This document shows positions 22,961 through 35,662 of a stretch of 64,000 nucleotides of DNA, piece after piece. This DNA comes from Guillardia theta CCMP2712 (lineage: Eukaryota; Protista; Cryptophyta), in NCBI RefSeq assembly GCF_000315625.1, contig NW_005434668.1, positions 1,096,981 to 1,160,980 of the forward strand, read 5' to 3'. The translations under genes and the position numbers were made by a program. The notes beneath the pieces are model-generated. The model was not told the DNA's origin. It did no database searches and worked only from the letters and a program-made list of their open reading frames with translations. The stretch's first letter is position 1. Each line of letters opens with the position of its first letter.

Positions 22961-25689
22961 ATGATGGCAACAGTGATCGTAAAACTCAAGTGTCTGATAT
23001 CCCTCTCCTTGGTCGGTTCAGCACGGCTCCCACTTACATCATCGCTGACCACTTCGCCTATAAGGAATCTACTTCTTCGTGGAGGGTCAGAGTCGCCAGG
23101 TGAGTGTGTATGATGCTGAACTATCACTGAGTCAGTGTTGATGTAGGTACAAAATTGGATTGTCACGTCAAGCTGTCCCTGCCTCTGCAAGATTCTCTCA
23201 AGGAAGTGAAGGTCGTGGGGTCATGGGATGGTTGGAAGGCCCGTCACCCGCTGCAGCGGAATGAGGACGCGTTTGAAGCTTCTCTCAGCTTGCCAGAAGG
23301 GTTGTATGAGTTCAAGTTCATCATGGATGGAAGGTGGACAACGAACGATGGGTGGCCGCTATCCAAAGATGGGCATGGAAATGCCAACAATGTCCTCAAC
23401 GTGACGATGCCGGAGGTCAAGATAGAAGAGGTTCAGGCTGCGGAAGAGGTTCAGAATACCAACGTCTGCAAGGCTCCTAGGAGACTGAGGTGACATGTCT
23501 CACTTGTTGAGTACAATGCTCATGGCGATCAAGGTGTGGGCTGTTTGCTTGGGAGAGCCTGCATACAGTAGCAGCTGGCGGGGTTGCCCCGCACGTAACG
23601 GAGTTAGCAGCGGGGCTGGTAAGAGCGAAGGGTGTAGTCACAGTTGTAGCTGATGGCGTAATATGACAGGAAAGAAGAGGACATGAAGTTCATCTTTTCG
23701 TCCGAGCTGGTTTCTCAAGTTTTGTTGGATGACTTCATGTAATACGCCAAACTCTTCAGCTCCAGGTCAAGACCCATACGCTTGTGTGCATGGGGTGCAT
23801 TTGGTATGAATCGCTGAGAATGATGTGAAACGGATGGTGACGTTCGATTCCGACAGCATCGCATCCCGTACGGAAAGCATGGGGATATCGTGAAGGATTG
23901 CGACGTCATGTGTGAGCAGGCGAGACGAGCATGTGAAGATCTTTTTGTTCTGACTTCGTCGCTCCCTTCCAGTTCTTTTGGCTGTGCCAGTGGCTGGAAT
24001 CTTTTCAAGTATATCTACGGGCAATAGCACACTTTTGTTCTGACTTGCTCGTCAGAAAGATTTTCACTTTGACATACTACACGCCCATGACTGGCTAGCT
24101 GCCAAGGTATGTCGCAAAGGGTATCATCCGCACTGATGTCCTTGACAGGTTATCGTCGCAGCCAAACAGTGAAAGAGAAGATTATATACGTTCATGATCT
24201 GATATCTGACTCAGATTCCCGGGAAGGAGGCACAGAGCTGTTGTGACGATGCATTCGACTGAATGGGGACGATGTGGGCAGAAGGTATATACCTGTACAT
24301 ACAAACACGTTCTGAGCTCCCACAGTATGCAAGATGGAAATGTGAAGGGCAGTCAGGCCTTATCAGAGAGATAGAACGTGCTGCCTGCGAGGCGGCCGAC
24401 AGGTTTCACTCGCTGAAGTTGACGTGCCTGACTGCTGTCGCAAAGAGTCATCTGTGTGTCCGGAGTGCTAGAGGAGGAAGTAAGGATGTTGTACGATGTC
24501 CCAGGTCAGTGTGATCTTGCTCCGCCTCGTGATCGTGAGAGGTGGACAAGCGTACAAGACACGTACGATCTACAATGCGATCCATGTCCGTCAGTACGAG
24601 TGTGTTCAGGTGGACCCTGGACAGGTCTCAAACCTCCTGGGACTTTCTGTCGATGACTTCCAAGCAGATCAAGCGGCAGATAGGATTTGACTGGTACAAC
24701 CCGATGATTCTCTTCGTGGGACGTATGGTAGAACAGAAGGTCAGTTGGCTCCTGACTCGCTTGTTCTCCGACCAATTGGACCTTACAGGGTCCTGATATC
24801 TTGCTCGACGCCGTGCCGCAGATCTTAGCAAACAACTCGGAAGCTCGGGTGATTTCATCGTACACATGCCCTTCACAGTCAAACACATCCCTTACGAATC
24901 TGCATCTCCTCCTCATCTCCTTCAGCTCTTAAAAAGGTGTCGCAGATCGTCTTCATCGGAAACGGCCACATGCTCCCTGACATGAAGGAGCGAGCGATTG
25001 TGAGTGATCCTGCCGTCCTCACGGGAGTTGACGCGCCTCTCCAGGCCCTCGGTGTGTCGCATGCCGTGCGTTTCCTTGGGTCAGCATCAGGAGATCCGCT
25101 CAAGATGTACGAGAAAGCCTGCGATGTCCTGGTGTGAACTTGTGGGGGTCAAGTGCAATATATCATGACCTTTCAGGTGGTTCCCAGTCGGAATGAGCCG
25201 TTCGGCATCGTCGTCTTGGAGGGATGGGCTTGCCACAAGGTGATCCGCCTGCTGCTTGCTCGACCCTTCCCCTCCCCTCCCTCCATCGCCCTCGAGTATG
25301 TTCCTGTTCAAGGCCCTCCCTCCCTCCCTCCCTCCCTCCCTCCCTCCCTCCCTCCCTCCCTCCCCTCTCCGTGTGTTTCATTCACTCGTGTCTTGAAGCC
25401 TGTTGTTGCTACCACGTCGGGTGGACCACGGGAGTTCCTGTGCTCTGAGAGGTGAAGGAGGAAGCCGGTAGAAGGTTTTCTGCTGACGATGGTGAACAAC
25501 CAACGTAGGGAGGGTATCCTGAGTGATCCCGTCGCCGAGAACGTGAGCGCAAGCGTCACGAAACTCCTGTCCAACTGGACGAAGTTGCAGGAGATGGGGG
25601 AGAACGGATTCAGGAAGTGTGCAGAACACTTCAACTGGGACTCCATTGCACAACAAACAGAAGAAGTGTACTATGCAGCTGTAGGGTGA
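22961..25689 (+). CDS. CBM48 (AMPK-beta-type glycogen/starch-binding) plus GT4 glycosyltransferase with bipartite presequence
   Basis: MMATVIVKLKCLISLSLVGSA..LLLRGG, then VKVVGSWDGW..YEFKFIMDGRW..DGHGNANN (CBM48), then GT4 motifs LFAWESLHTVAAGGVAPHVTELA, DILHAHDWL, TMHSTEWGR, ILFVGRMVEQK-GPDILLDA, VPSRNEPFGIVVLEGW, FNWDSIAQQT. Extra 5' exons from 22782 are possible. Confidence 0.9.
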
Positions 25690-26027
25690 ACTCCGTTTTT
25701 TCGACTTGTAACATTTATTACTTCGAAAATGAAACCAAGGGAAGAAAACATGTCCTAATCACAACAAACTCTCATGCAACAACACGAATATGTGTTTGTC
25801 TCCTATCTATCTATCTCTTCTACCTGTCTCTACCCGTTCTTCCTCCCTTCTCGCTCCTGGATACTACTTTTCCACTGATTCTTGTATGGATTCGCCATAC
25901 AAGAATGTACTGCCTTTTCCCTTCAAGTTTCGAAAATTCAATATGAATTCTTGGATTAATTTTCAAACTATGAAGAAATACTTCAAGCATTTCATAATGA
26001 AGCCTTCGGGTCTCGGGATTGTTGGCG

Positions 26028-26915
26028 ATGGTAGCGCTTACGGAGGCGCTGGTGCTGGAGAGGACGAGGGCGGAACAGCTGTCGAGCGTCAGGAACCTCA
26101 ACTTGTGGGGGAGCAACCTGGAAGATGTTTCCATCCTCAAGGTCATGCTGCTCTTGCATCCTCTCACTCCGATCCGCTCCTCTCCCCGATCCTTCCCTGA
26201 TCATCATGACAGCAAATGCCCAATGTCGAGGTCCTGTCTCTGTCCGTCAACAGGATCCGAACGCTCTCAGACTTCCGGCATTGCCTGAAGCTAAGTGAAC
26301 TCTACCTGCGTAAGAATGAGGTGAAGAAACAATCGCTGTCATGGTGGGCTAACGCTTGTTTTTGTCAAGATCGTTGACTTGAACGAGCTGCGGCAACTGC
26401 AGCACCTGAAGAATCTGTCGGTCCTATGGCTTTGCGACAATCCATGCGTAAGACTTTCACAACGATCGTCAGAGCTACATGTGTCTTCTTGTTGTCGTCT
26501 CTGATGATTGTCTTGCACGTCATGACAGGTTGGTGATTGTATAGCTACGTACAGAGCACAGACTATAGCCATGTTGCCCAACATTACCAAGCTCGACAAC
26601 ATCGATGTGACAGAAGAGGAAAGGAGAGAAGCATCAGAAACCTATAAGAATCTTTCTCCAACAATGGCACAGGACGAGGATGTTTGCTGCTCGTCGCACG
26701 AGAAGGCAGACGCAGCAGCAGCAGCAGCTGAGCTCGATCGCCAAGAAGCAGACCGTTTCGAAGCTGCAAACAACGCCGTCCATACAGAATCGCAGAACAA
26801 TATTCTTTTTGCTGTTCTTGCTCTGCTCAAAGAGCTTGACCGAGACGCATTGCGGACTGTGGAATCAGAAGTTCTTCACAGGTTGAGGAGCACTGATTCG
26901 TCCAGGAAGCATTGA
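26028..26915 (+). CDS. CFAP410: Cilia- and flagella-associated protein 410 (C21orf2-like LRR protein)
   Basis: MVALTEALVLERTRA..VRNLNLWGSNLEDVSIL, VEVLSLSVNRI, LSELYLRKNE, LWLCDNPC, LPNITKLDN, and C-terminal NILFAVLALLKELD. Confidence 0.9.
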
Positions 26916-27049
26916 GAACATCCTTCAGGACGTAGCCCTTTCTTTTATTGTTTTCCTCTCCGTATCTATTACAATGATTGTATCTTCTTGTCTGCAAAGC
27001 TTACATTTCACCTGGTAGTAGTGTAACAGTTACATATGTTCTTCAACAT

Positions 27050-27793
27050 CTATCTTTCACGACAAGTCGCAAGTCTTTCTTCACTGTACAGCCTGAGTAG
27101 AACGACATCTGGTCTCAGCCGTCGTCAGCAGCGATCATCTTGAAATTTTGAAATGAGAAATGAGACTAGCGGCAGCATCTTCAGCATCTTACTTGCTGCC
27201 GCCGCAGGTGGTGGCAGTGAAGAACAATCGCAGTGCAAGTGTAAGAACTGGAGCTCTGTTTGCTGGTGCTCTGAGATGGATGAACTCTCCTTTCATCATA
27301 GTAGGGCACAGCGAAAGTGATAACAACATCTCCATTGAACTTCCCACCAAGCATTACCCTGTGAGTTAATCCAACAATCGTCGCCATCAAGGATCCTTGA
27401 GATGCAGCTCCGATCCTGCACGAGCCATAGACTCGTGCTGACTATTTCATCGAGTACGTCACATGTGCACCATCAACTTGTATGTGTACAATTCTGTGTG
27501 ATCCCGAACGGGTATATACAATACTCTGTGATGTGATGAACGGCATCCGCTTTCAGCCTCTTCCAGAATCAACCAGTCTGTCGCCCTCTGTAGATCGTGA
27601 CCTGTCATGCTTTCGTTCAGCGATCTACCTGATGATCTCGTCTGCTTCTTCTGCGCATCTTGCAGCCATGTCAGTCCATGCAGCTGTGCTTGCGGCATGC
27701 TGGTCCGCAAGTTGGTGGGATAAAAAAAAAGATCTTTTTTTAGTTGGCATTTCCGAGCCCGCCTCGGAGGGTTTTTGAAAGATGGCGGGAGCC
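27050..27793 (-). CDS. Hypothetical protein
   Basis: Plausible spliced reading MAPAIFQKPSEAG..AWTDMAARCAEEADEII..HRVLYIPVRD..ATIVGLTHRVMLGGKFNGDVVITFAVPYYD. No known domain. Confidence 0.4.
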
Positions 27794-27825
27794 ATGCAGG
27801 TTGAAACGAACAAAGACATCTCGAT

Positions 27826-27978
27826 GACATACAACACACATCATGTTCATCACATGCATTGTGTTCATCACATACTTCATGTGCATCACATAATTCATTT
27901 CCATCACATGCATCATATTCATAACATTCATCACAACCATCACATACCTCGCAATCATCGCATACTTTGTACACATCG
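27826..27978. repeat. Degenerate ~18-bp CAT/CAC-rich tandem repeat
   Basis: Periodic catcaca units giving six-residue periodicity in translation. Confidence 0.7.
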
Positions 27979-28155
27979 CGTACAACACAGACGTATCATG
28001 AATTGATCTGCCTTTCGTCTCAAACTTATCCCGTCTGTAACCACACACTTGTCCGACCTGTCTTGACTAAGTATGTGTCTCACATCACATCATCCATATC
28101 CATCTCTCCTCCTCACCCTCCCCTTGCAAGAGTTTCTACCTCACATCTGCCCAAG

Positions 28156-31100
28156 GTGGTGGATGCATGGGCGGGGATGGTGAAGGCCATCACCAACCCA
28201 AGTCTCGGGAGCAACGAGGAGAGTCTGAAGAGCAGCCTGAAGGTGATCAGTGGCAGCGAACTATCGGAGCACGCAGTGGCATGGTTTCTTAACTTCTCGA
28301 ATGCTGCTGTTTCAAGAGACATCTCGCCCAAGTGAGTGACTTCCTTCAGACGCATCCCTCCCTCCTGACTTTCTTGCAGCTTCTGGAGATTTTTGGAAGC
28401 GTACTCGGATGTCCCGGAAGACGACAAGAGTGCATGGACCAAGGAGAACATCTCGAAAGCGCTGGATCTTGCGAGCTCAAGTCTGGAGCGACAATTGGAG
28501 GTTATGTAGACGTTCTTCCTTTTGTTGTTTGTTTGACGCATGATCAAGGTTGCCAAGTTGGTAGCAGCAAGCCTTGGTTCAGAGTATCAGGTTGAGAGGA
28601 GATGCAAAGCAAACTTCTCTGCTGTCTTGTTTGCCAACGTCCCAGAGCACTTCTATGAGGTATGATGTGGCTGTTTGCGTTGTGTTTTGCCGATGCTGTT
28701 CGAACAGATTCTCTACTCTTTCTTTCAGAGCCATTTTGCTTCTTTCGAAGTTGAGGAGGCTGAATGCAACTACCTCCTGCTGGAAGGTTGAGAGCCAATG
28801 CCCTGCTAGTGAGGTTGGGTCACAGTGAAACAGTTGCGGCCGATGAGAGGAAGAATGATAGATTTCACAAACTTTGTCGTCAACTCCGACAGGTTTTCTT
28901 GACCTTCTGCCTTGACGTATTCTCCTCTTCCTGACTCCTTCGTACAATTCCGCTTTTCAGATCGGAGCGCTATCAATCGTAGAAGAAACTTTCGTGCCTT
29001 CGGAAGCCTGACCTTGCCTTGTCGCCAGGGCCACCATGGCGGAGAAGAAGGCGCTCATGTCGGCAAACAGAGTTCTGTCCATGTGTGAGAAGAAGTGGGA
29101 AAGTCAAGTGCTAGAGGAGGTCACGATATGGGCGAAGCAGAAAGTTTTCCCGTTTCTTCGTCACCTGCTGTTGGACCTGAACGAGGAGCCATGGTATGAC
29201 ATCGAATACCCCGACGACAACCTGGAAAACGCGCACATCAACATAACTCACAATGCCAATCGCTACGTTGTTCTGCAGCGCCGACTAGAGCTGTTCTTGT
29301 ACGAGACTTTTAGGTGGTCGCTGACTTTTGAGCGATCGTATCCTCAGTTGTGTTGACTGCTCTGATCAGCAACCTGCGGATATCAGAGATGTTTGACATC
29401 ATTGTCGAATATCCTGACTCCCTTGCAGCCATTGCGGACCTCAGATATGCCCTGGGCAAGACTCATCAGTACATGACAACCTGGAGCCTGCGAGTTCTCA
29501 AGTTTGGCAGGTTCTCGGAACTTGTGACGTCGTTGAAGATGGTCTTTGAGAAGAGACTCCTGCATGCGGGCGCGAACACGTCAGACATTATCACACAGTA
29601 CATCTCTTCGATGAAGGTAACGGATCTCCTTTCTACATCTTCAGCTTTTCTTTCCTTCTTTCTTCCTCCATCTCCTCCTCTACCATCATCAGCAACACCT
29701 CTTGCACCACCTCCTCCTCCACCACCTCCTCCCTCCCCCCTTTCCTCCTCTACCTCTACCTCAACCATGTCCTCCTCGTATCTGCTTCCTGACAGTTCCT
29801 CCAGGCTCTGCACGACTTGGATCCTTCAGGGACGACGCTTGCCGTTGTGAGCAAGCCCATCCAACAATATCTGCGAGGACGGTCAGACTCGGAGAATTCT
29901 ATCATCTCCTTTCCTTTCTTCCCGCTCTTCCTTCCTTTCTTGCGACTCTTCCTCTTCCTGCTCTTTCTCCTCTGTCTCTCTTCACCCTTGTCCATCCCCT
30001 ACCTCGCTCCTCTCCTCCCTCTCCTTCTCTTCCTTCCCGCTCTTCTTCCCTTCTGCTCACCGACCATGGCAGCAATGACACGGTGCGCTGTATCGTGACG
30101 GGATTGACGGACGACAGCACGAGCGAGCTGTTCCAGGAGCTCAGGAAAGGGGGTTCGGAGAGCAAGTGGCGGCCGAAAGCTGCGGATGGGGATGCAGGAG
30201 ACGAGGAGGACGGGAACTACGACGAGAGCGGGAAGGAGGAGGTGGAGATTTGGAAGCCTGAGGTCGTTCACTTTGGTGCTGCCCAAGTCTCCTACGGGAA
30301 GGTGAGGACGATGAAGCAGCAGGGAGCGAGGATGAGAAGAAGACGAGGATGAGGACGAGGATTTGGTGGTGAAGGAAACTTGCAGCCTCAGTACTTATGG
30401 GAGGAGGGGAGGGCAGGGATGGCTGATGTGTAGGATCAGGGCTCGCTCGACATCATCGGCATGCTGATCGACATCTATGGAAGGCAAGAGATGCTGATGA
30501 CGTTCAGGGAGGAGAGCTGAGCATATCGCAGTGCGGACTTGTTCCTCAATGAATATTGCTCCCTCCTGAGCGACAAGCTGCTGGCTATGACCTCCTACCA
30601 GATCGACAAAGAGGTCCTTTCTACGTCTACTGCTCCTCTCCTCAGACTGCCTCCCTTGCTACCCCTTCTTCCCTTCCCCTCTCCCTCCTTCCTCTTCTAC
30701 CTTCCTTCTTCTTTACCTCCCTTCCTCCCCTCTCCCCCGCCTCTCCTCCCCTCTCTCCTTTCTTCTCCTTCTCTCCTCTCTCCTCCCCTTCCTCCCTTCA
30801 TCTCCTCGCCTCCCTCTCCCTCTCCTCCCTCTCCTCCCTCTCCTCCCTCTCCTCCCTCTCTCTCACTGTCCTTATCCTTGCAGCTTCACAATCTGGAGCT
30901 GCTCAAGATCAGGTTCGGCGAGGGTTCTCTCCACAACTGCGAGGTGAGCGAGGGAGAGCATGGCGGGTGAGAACGTCGAGTGAGGATGAGCAGGTCATGC
31001 TGAAGGACCTCGGGGACTCAAAGAGGCTGGACGCCTACGTACACAACGAGAGCAAGAAGGGAGCACTAGATGCTGAGGTATCTCCACCACCACCACCACC

Positions 31101-33593
31101 TCCTCCTCCTCCTCCTCCTCCTCCTCCTCCTCCTCCCCCTCCCTGCCTCTCCTCCTCCTCCTCCTCCCTGCCTCTCCTCCTCCTCCTCCTCCTCCTCCCT
31201 GCCTGTCCTCTTCCTTCCCAGTCAATCAACATGGAGCAGGTGGCGAGCTGGCTCAACGGGAAGATTTTGTCCGCGTCCTTTTGGCCGTCGCTCAACTCGG
31301 AGAACATCAAGATGCACCCGATGATCGACCAGCAGCTGCAGAGCTACGGGCGCTACTATTCCCTCCTCAAGAAGCCTCGAGCCCTCAAGGTACCCTCGCC
31401 CTCCACTGCATCCCCATCCTCCTCCTGCTGCTGCTCCCCACTCGTGACCCTCCCCCTCCCTTCCGCCTGCTCCTCCTTTTCCTCATCATTGCCTCCTCCT
31501 CCTCCTCCCCCTCCTTCGTGACCCGACCCCTGATCCCTACCCCTCCTCCTCCTCGTCCTCTTCCCCCTTGACGTTCTCCCTCTCCCTCGTTCCTGACTCT
31601 CGTATGGCAGTGGAAGCCAACTCTCGGAGTTGTCAAGCTCAACCTGAGCTTTGAGGACGGGAGGGAAGTACCTTTCACCGTCTCTCCCGTCCTCGCCAAC
31701 CTCATCCTTCACTTCCAAGACAAGCCCTCATGGAAACTCGCGGAGCTCGCGGAAGTCACTGAGCTTGCAGTGGATGCGGTGAGTGAGAAGAGGACGAGGA
31801 CGAGGACGATGCGGCGGGGGTTGTAGGCATCGAGGATGGAGGGGAGGCGGAGGAGGAGGAGGAGGTGGAGGAGGAGGAGGAGGAGGAGGAGGGACTGAGA
31901 ACGGCTCAGGTGAGGAAGAGGATGGTCTTCTGGGTGGGCAACGGGGTATGTCAGGAGCAGCCTCCTCCATCGGGAGCGTGAGTGCAGCAGCAGCTCCTCA
32001 TATGCCTTGAGTGACGAGCGAGCCGAGCAGGGGGATCGGGGAAACAGTGTACACAGTGGTGGAGAAAGCGACCGGACCTGTGATGCAGCAGACGACGTAA
32101 TGTCTTGCTCCTTCCTGCTGATTCTCTTGCTCTGCTTGGCTTACCTCTCTACCTCTCCTCCTCCTCCTCTCTNNNNNNNNNNNNNNNNNNNNNNNNNNNN
32201 NNNNNNNNNNNNNNNNNNNNNNNNNNNNNNNNNNNNNNNNNNNNNNNNNNNNNNNNNNNNNNNNNNNNNNNNAGGGGGGTGGAGTCCGTTTGTTGACAGA
32301 TGATGGCCATGGGTGGAAGGAAGGAATAGATAAGGATGGTCTCATCATGGAATAACTCATGTGATGAAACGAGGAATAGGTCGCCAAGGGAGAATGTGAT
32401 ATTTGAGATAGTGAGATTTTGAAGGTAACCGCAGTAAAGTAGGCATGCCTGAGCGGGCGAATCAGGTCAAAATATGAAATGCAGATTTTCGACAAGAAGC
32501 AATCGAATTCTCAACACTCTTGACATCTGAACTTTGCTTTTCATTGCAGATTCCACAACAATCAAGGATGAAATAGCTCAAGCTAGAGTTAAACCTCCTC
32601 TCGAGAGTCTTGCATCATCATGACAGACAGTTCGGGGCTCCTTGAGAAGATATGGTTGGGAAACATCAACGAGAAGTTTGAGGTTGATCAAGATGGTTAT
32701 GATGAAGATACCGTCAATGGTCTCCTCCTCCCTCCTCCTACTCCTCCTCCCTCCTCCTCTTCCCTCCTCCTCCCTCCTCCCTCCTCCTCCTCCTCCTCCT
32801 CTCACTTGTCTACTTCCGTAACGCCTCCTCCACCTCTTATTTCTCTTCTTCCTTCCACCTCTTGCTCCTTTTCTATCTAGTTGTGCTGCCTCCTGACGAC
32901 ATCTCTTCCGCAGCGACTTTGCCATGGAGGAGGATGACGCAGCTGCACAGGCTAACGATGCTCAGGTACTGGTTGCCTCTTTCTCTGCCTCCTCGTCTGA
33001 CCTCTAGCAGGATGAAGTTATTCGCTCTTACGTCTTCGGCATGTTGACCAACTTCAAGGTGAATTCTTCATCCTCTCTCCACTTTCCTCCCCGTCTCTCT
33101 TCTCTTTCCTTCCCATCTCTTTCTTGTTTCCTGCCTATCCATCTTCTCTCCTCTCCTCTCCTCTCCTCTCCTCTCCTCTCCTCTCATCTCGTCTCCTCTC
33201 CCCTCCTCTCCCCTCCTCTCCTCTCCTCTTTCGTCCTGTTGCTTCGTCACTCCTACCTCTTATCCAATCTTCCTCGTCGTCAACAACTTTCCCTCTTCAC
33301 TCCTCTCCTCGTACCTCTCAAACTTCTCCTTTCCGCACAACTATCCTCCCAGTCAACTTCTCCTAACACGCATCTATCTTCACAGATGTTACCTCTCGAG
33401 CGCATACATAACATGCTCAAAATGTTCGTCTCCGACCCTCCATACACCAAGAAGATCCAGGTAGACCTCTGCACCTTCTGTTTGTCATGACCTGAACATC
33501 TGCAAACAGGAACTAGAAAGTCTGCTCAACGCTCTTATCGCATCTGAGAAGTTGGAGTTTGATGGAAGCAATTATTCTTTGAAATCAAGTTAA
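28156..33593 (+). CDS. ANAPC2: Anaphase-promoting complex subunit 2 (cullin-like)
   Basis: LRISEMFDIIVEYPDS, KRLLHAGANTSDIITQYIS, LDPSG, DTVRCIVTGL, DIIGMLIDIYG, LELLKIRFGEGSLHNCE-VMLKDL, ILSASFWP, and the WHB domain YVFGMLTNF-LPLERIHNMLKMF. Exact start uncertain. Confidence 0.95.
32173..32272. other. Assembly gap (100 N)
   Basis: Run of N inside an APC2 intron. Confidence 0.99.
32273..32724 (+). repeat. Inverted near-identical copy of 21688-22143 (TAF1 upstream region and first ~35 codons)
   Basis: Reverse complement matches directly. The few mismatches and indels all fall in the first ~55 bp next to the gap. Confidence 0.95.
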
Positions 33594-33760
33594 ATTACAA
33601 GTTCTCCCTCCTACAGTCCCACTCTTCTCCTCTCCCTCCTTTGAAGCGCCTCCTCCCTCCTTTCTCATCCTCTCCCTCTTCACCCTCCTCCTCGCCCCCT
33701 CCCTCATTCCACTTCAACTCGCTGCCCTCCCCTCCCCCCTCTCTCTTCCTCCTCACTTTC

Positions 33761-35593
33761 TCACTTCCCGTCGCCATATGCCTCCCCCAGCTCCTGCCCC
33801 AGCAGCTCGTGAAACTCCAGATACTTCAGCTGGACTTCTCCTGGGATATCTCCTCGACGGGAAGGGGGTTCCTCTAGTTTCGCTCGAGCTCGCAGCGCCT
33901 GCATGAAGGAGCCGATGGCGTCGGAGAGCGGTCCGCATGCTACCGCCATCACGTGCTCCTCGTCCACTTGACCCACCTGCCTTGAGCTGAGGGGAGGGGG
34001 GGGGGGGAGAAAAAGGAGGAGGCAAGGAAAAGAGAGGGAGGGAGGAGAGGAAAAGAGGTGGGATGAAGGAAGATAAGTGGGAGGGAGGCAGGGGAAGTGG
34101 TCGATTGTACCTCAAAGCTCCAGTCGCTTCTTGTAACCCCGTCTAGTTTCATCGTCGCCGCGTTCCTCCGCAGGATCCCATGCGTGTCCCTTGGCTGCAC
34201 AAAGTTCAGAACTTATGCTCCCCTCCACCTCCTCCTCCCTCCTCCTCCACCACCTCCCTCCTCCCTCCTCCTCCTCCACATCATCCCGCCTCTGTTACAA
34301 TGCTACACACCAGCTCCGTTCCTGCAAATGGGTGGCAAGCTCCGACAGCTCGGAAGGTGAACCATCAGCGCCTTGAGTGGACTTTCTGTCGGATGCTAGA
34401 AACACACTGGCATCAGATAGGAAGAGTCATTGGCCAGCTATCACTGGGGATTGCGAAGAACCGGTCAGCCGAACTCGAAGTCTTACTGCTATGCTGACAC
34501 GGAGACCAATGGAACTCGTTGAGTAGCGTGCACCAGCTTGTTTAGCATAACCCCCCGACGATGCTGAATGTCCNNNNNNNNNNNNNNNNNNNNNNNNNNN
34601 NNNNNNNNNNNNNNNNNNNNNNNNNNNNNNNNNNNNNNNNNNNNNNNNNNNNNNNNNNNNNNNNNNNNNNNNNTCCCTCCCACCCTCCCTCCCCTCCCTC
34701 CCCTCCCTCCCTCCCTCCCTCCCTCCCTCCCCTCCCTCCTCCTCCCTCCTCCTCCCTCCTCCTCCTCCTCTTCCCTCCTCCTTCTCCTCCTCCTCCTCCT
34801 TACTCGGCTTGACAGAAGTTCCTCCTCCACATCGAACTCGATCCTTGTCAGGGACAAACCAAGTCCAATCCCCACCGCCTTGATGTATGATTCCTTGAGA
34901 GCCCTACATTTCCTTCATGAACATCTCAATCTGACTGAGAGTGAGAATACCAGAACACGAAGAAAGCAAACAGCAACGCATTGCTATCCCTCCTGCAGTA
35001 AGAAAAACAAACTTTCATCACATCGTCCCATTCCAGATCTCGCGATACCCGACTTTTCTTATTTGGTTCCACTCGTGGCCGGTCAGACAGTCAACAAAGT
35101 CGTTGAGAAACGTCTCTGCGTCTTCTCCCTGAAGTTTTCTCAGCGCTGTCATGGCTATCAACATCATTCCTGACCATTCTTTGCGGCTTCACCGTCATCA
35201 CATCTGTTCCCACCAAACAACTCTCTTCTGCCGCCACAACAGCCTGAAAACATCCAGCAAGCTCAAACATCATCAAGAAACTTTCAAGGGCATACCCATG
35301 ATCCGTGGTGCGACAAGTTGAGGTTGTACCAAGGCATGACATGCCGACCTGAAACCACAAATGAGTGAATTCGCAACTACAGGCAACTAGCAATAGAGCC
35401 ACCGTCGTCAGGTCCCTTCACATATGGCTTTCCTTCTGCAGTGCGACCGAAGAGGATCTTTCGACGTCGAGGTCAGTCAAGAGAGATGGTAGTAGAAGTT
35501 TCACCATGCCGAACGGTTGGTTCAAGGCCGTGCTTGCAGCATGCTGAAGCAATGTCCTGCCGGCCTGTATCGTCGGTGAGGACGAGCAGAGGT

Positions 35594-35662
<69 letters not shown>

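Noticed and set aside
32620-32880. Separate short TAF1 paralogue
   Set aside because: Only ~35 duplicated codons run into low-complexity sequence beside a gap. It is treated as a duplication or assembly artefact.
1-33593. Cell-cycle or cilia gene cluster (ORC1, NEK, TAF1, CFAP410, APC2), including the known NEK1-CFAP410 partnership
   Set aside because: The genes are interspersed with unrelated ones in mixed orientation, and the kinase cannot be assigned to NEK1. Chance adjacency is sufficient.
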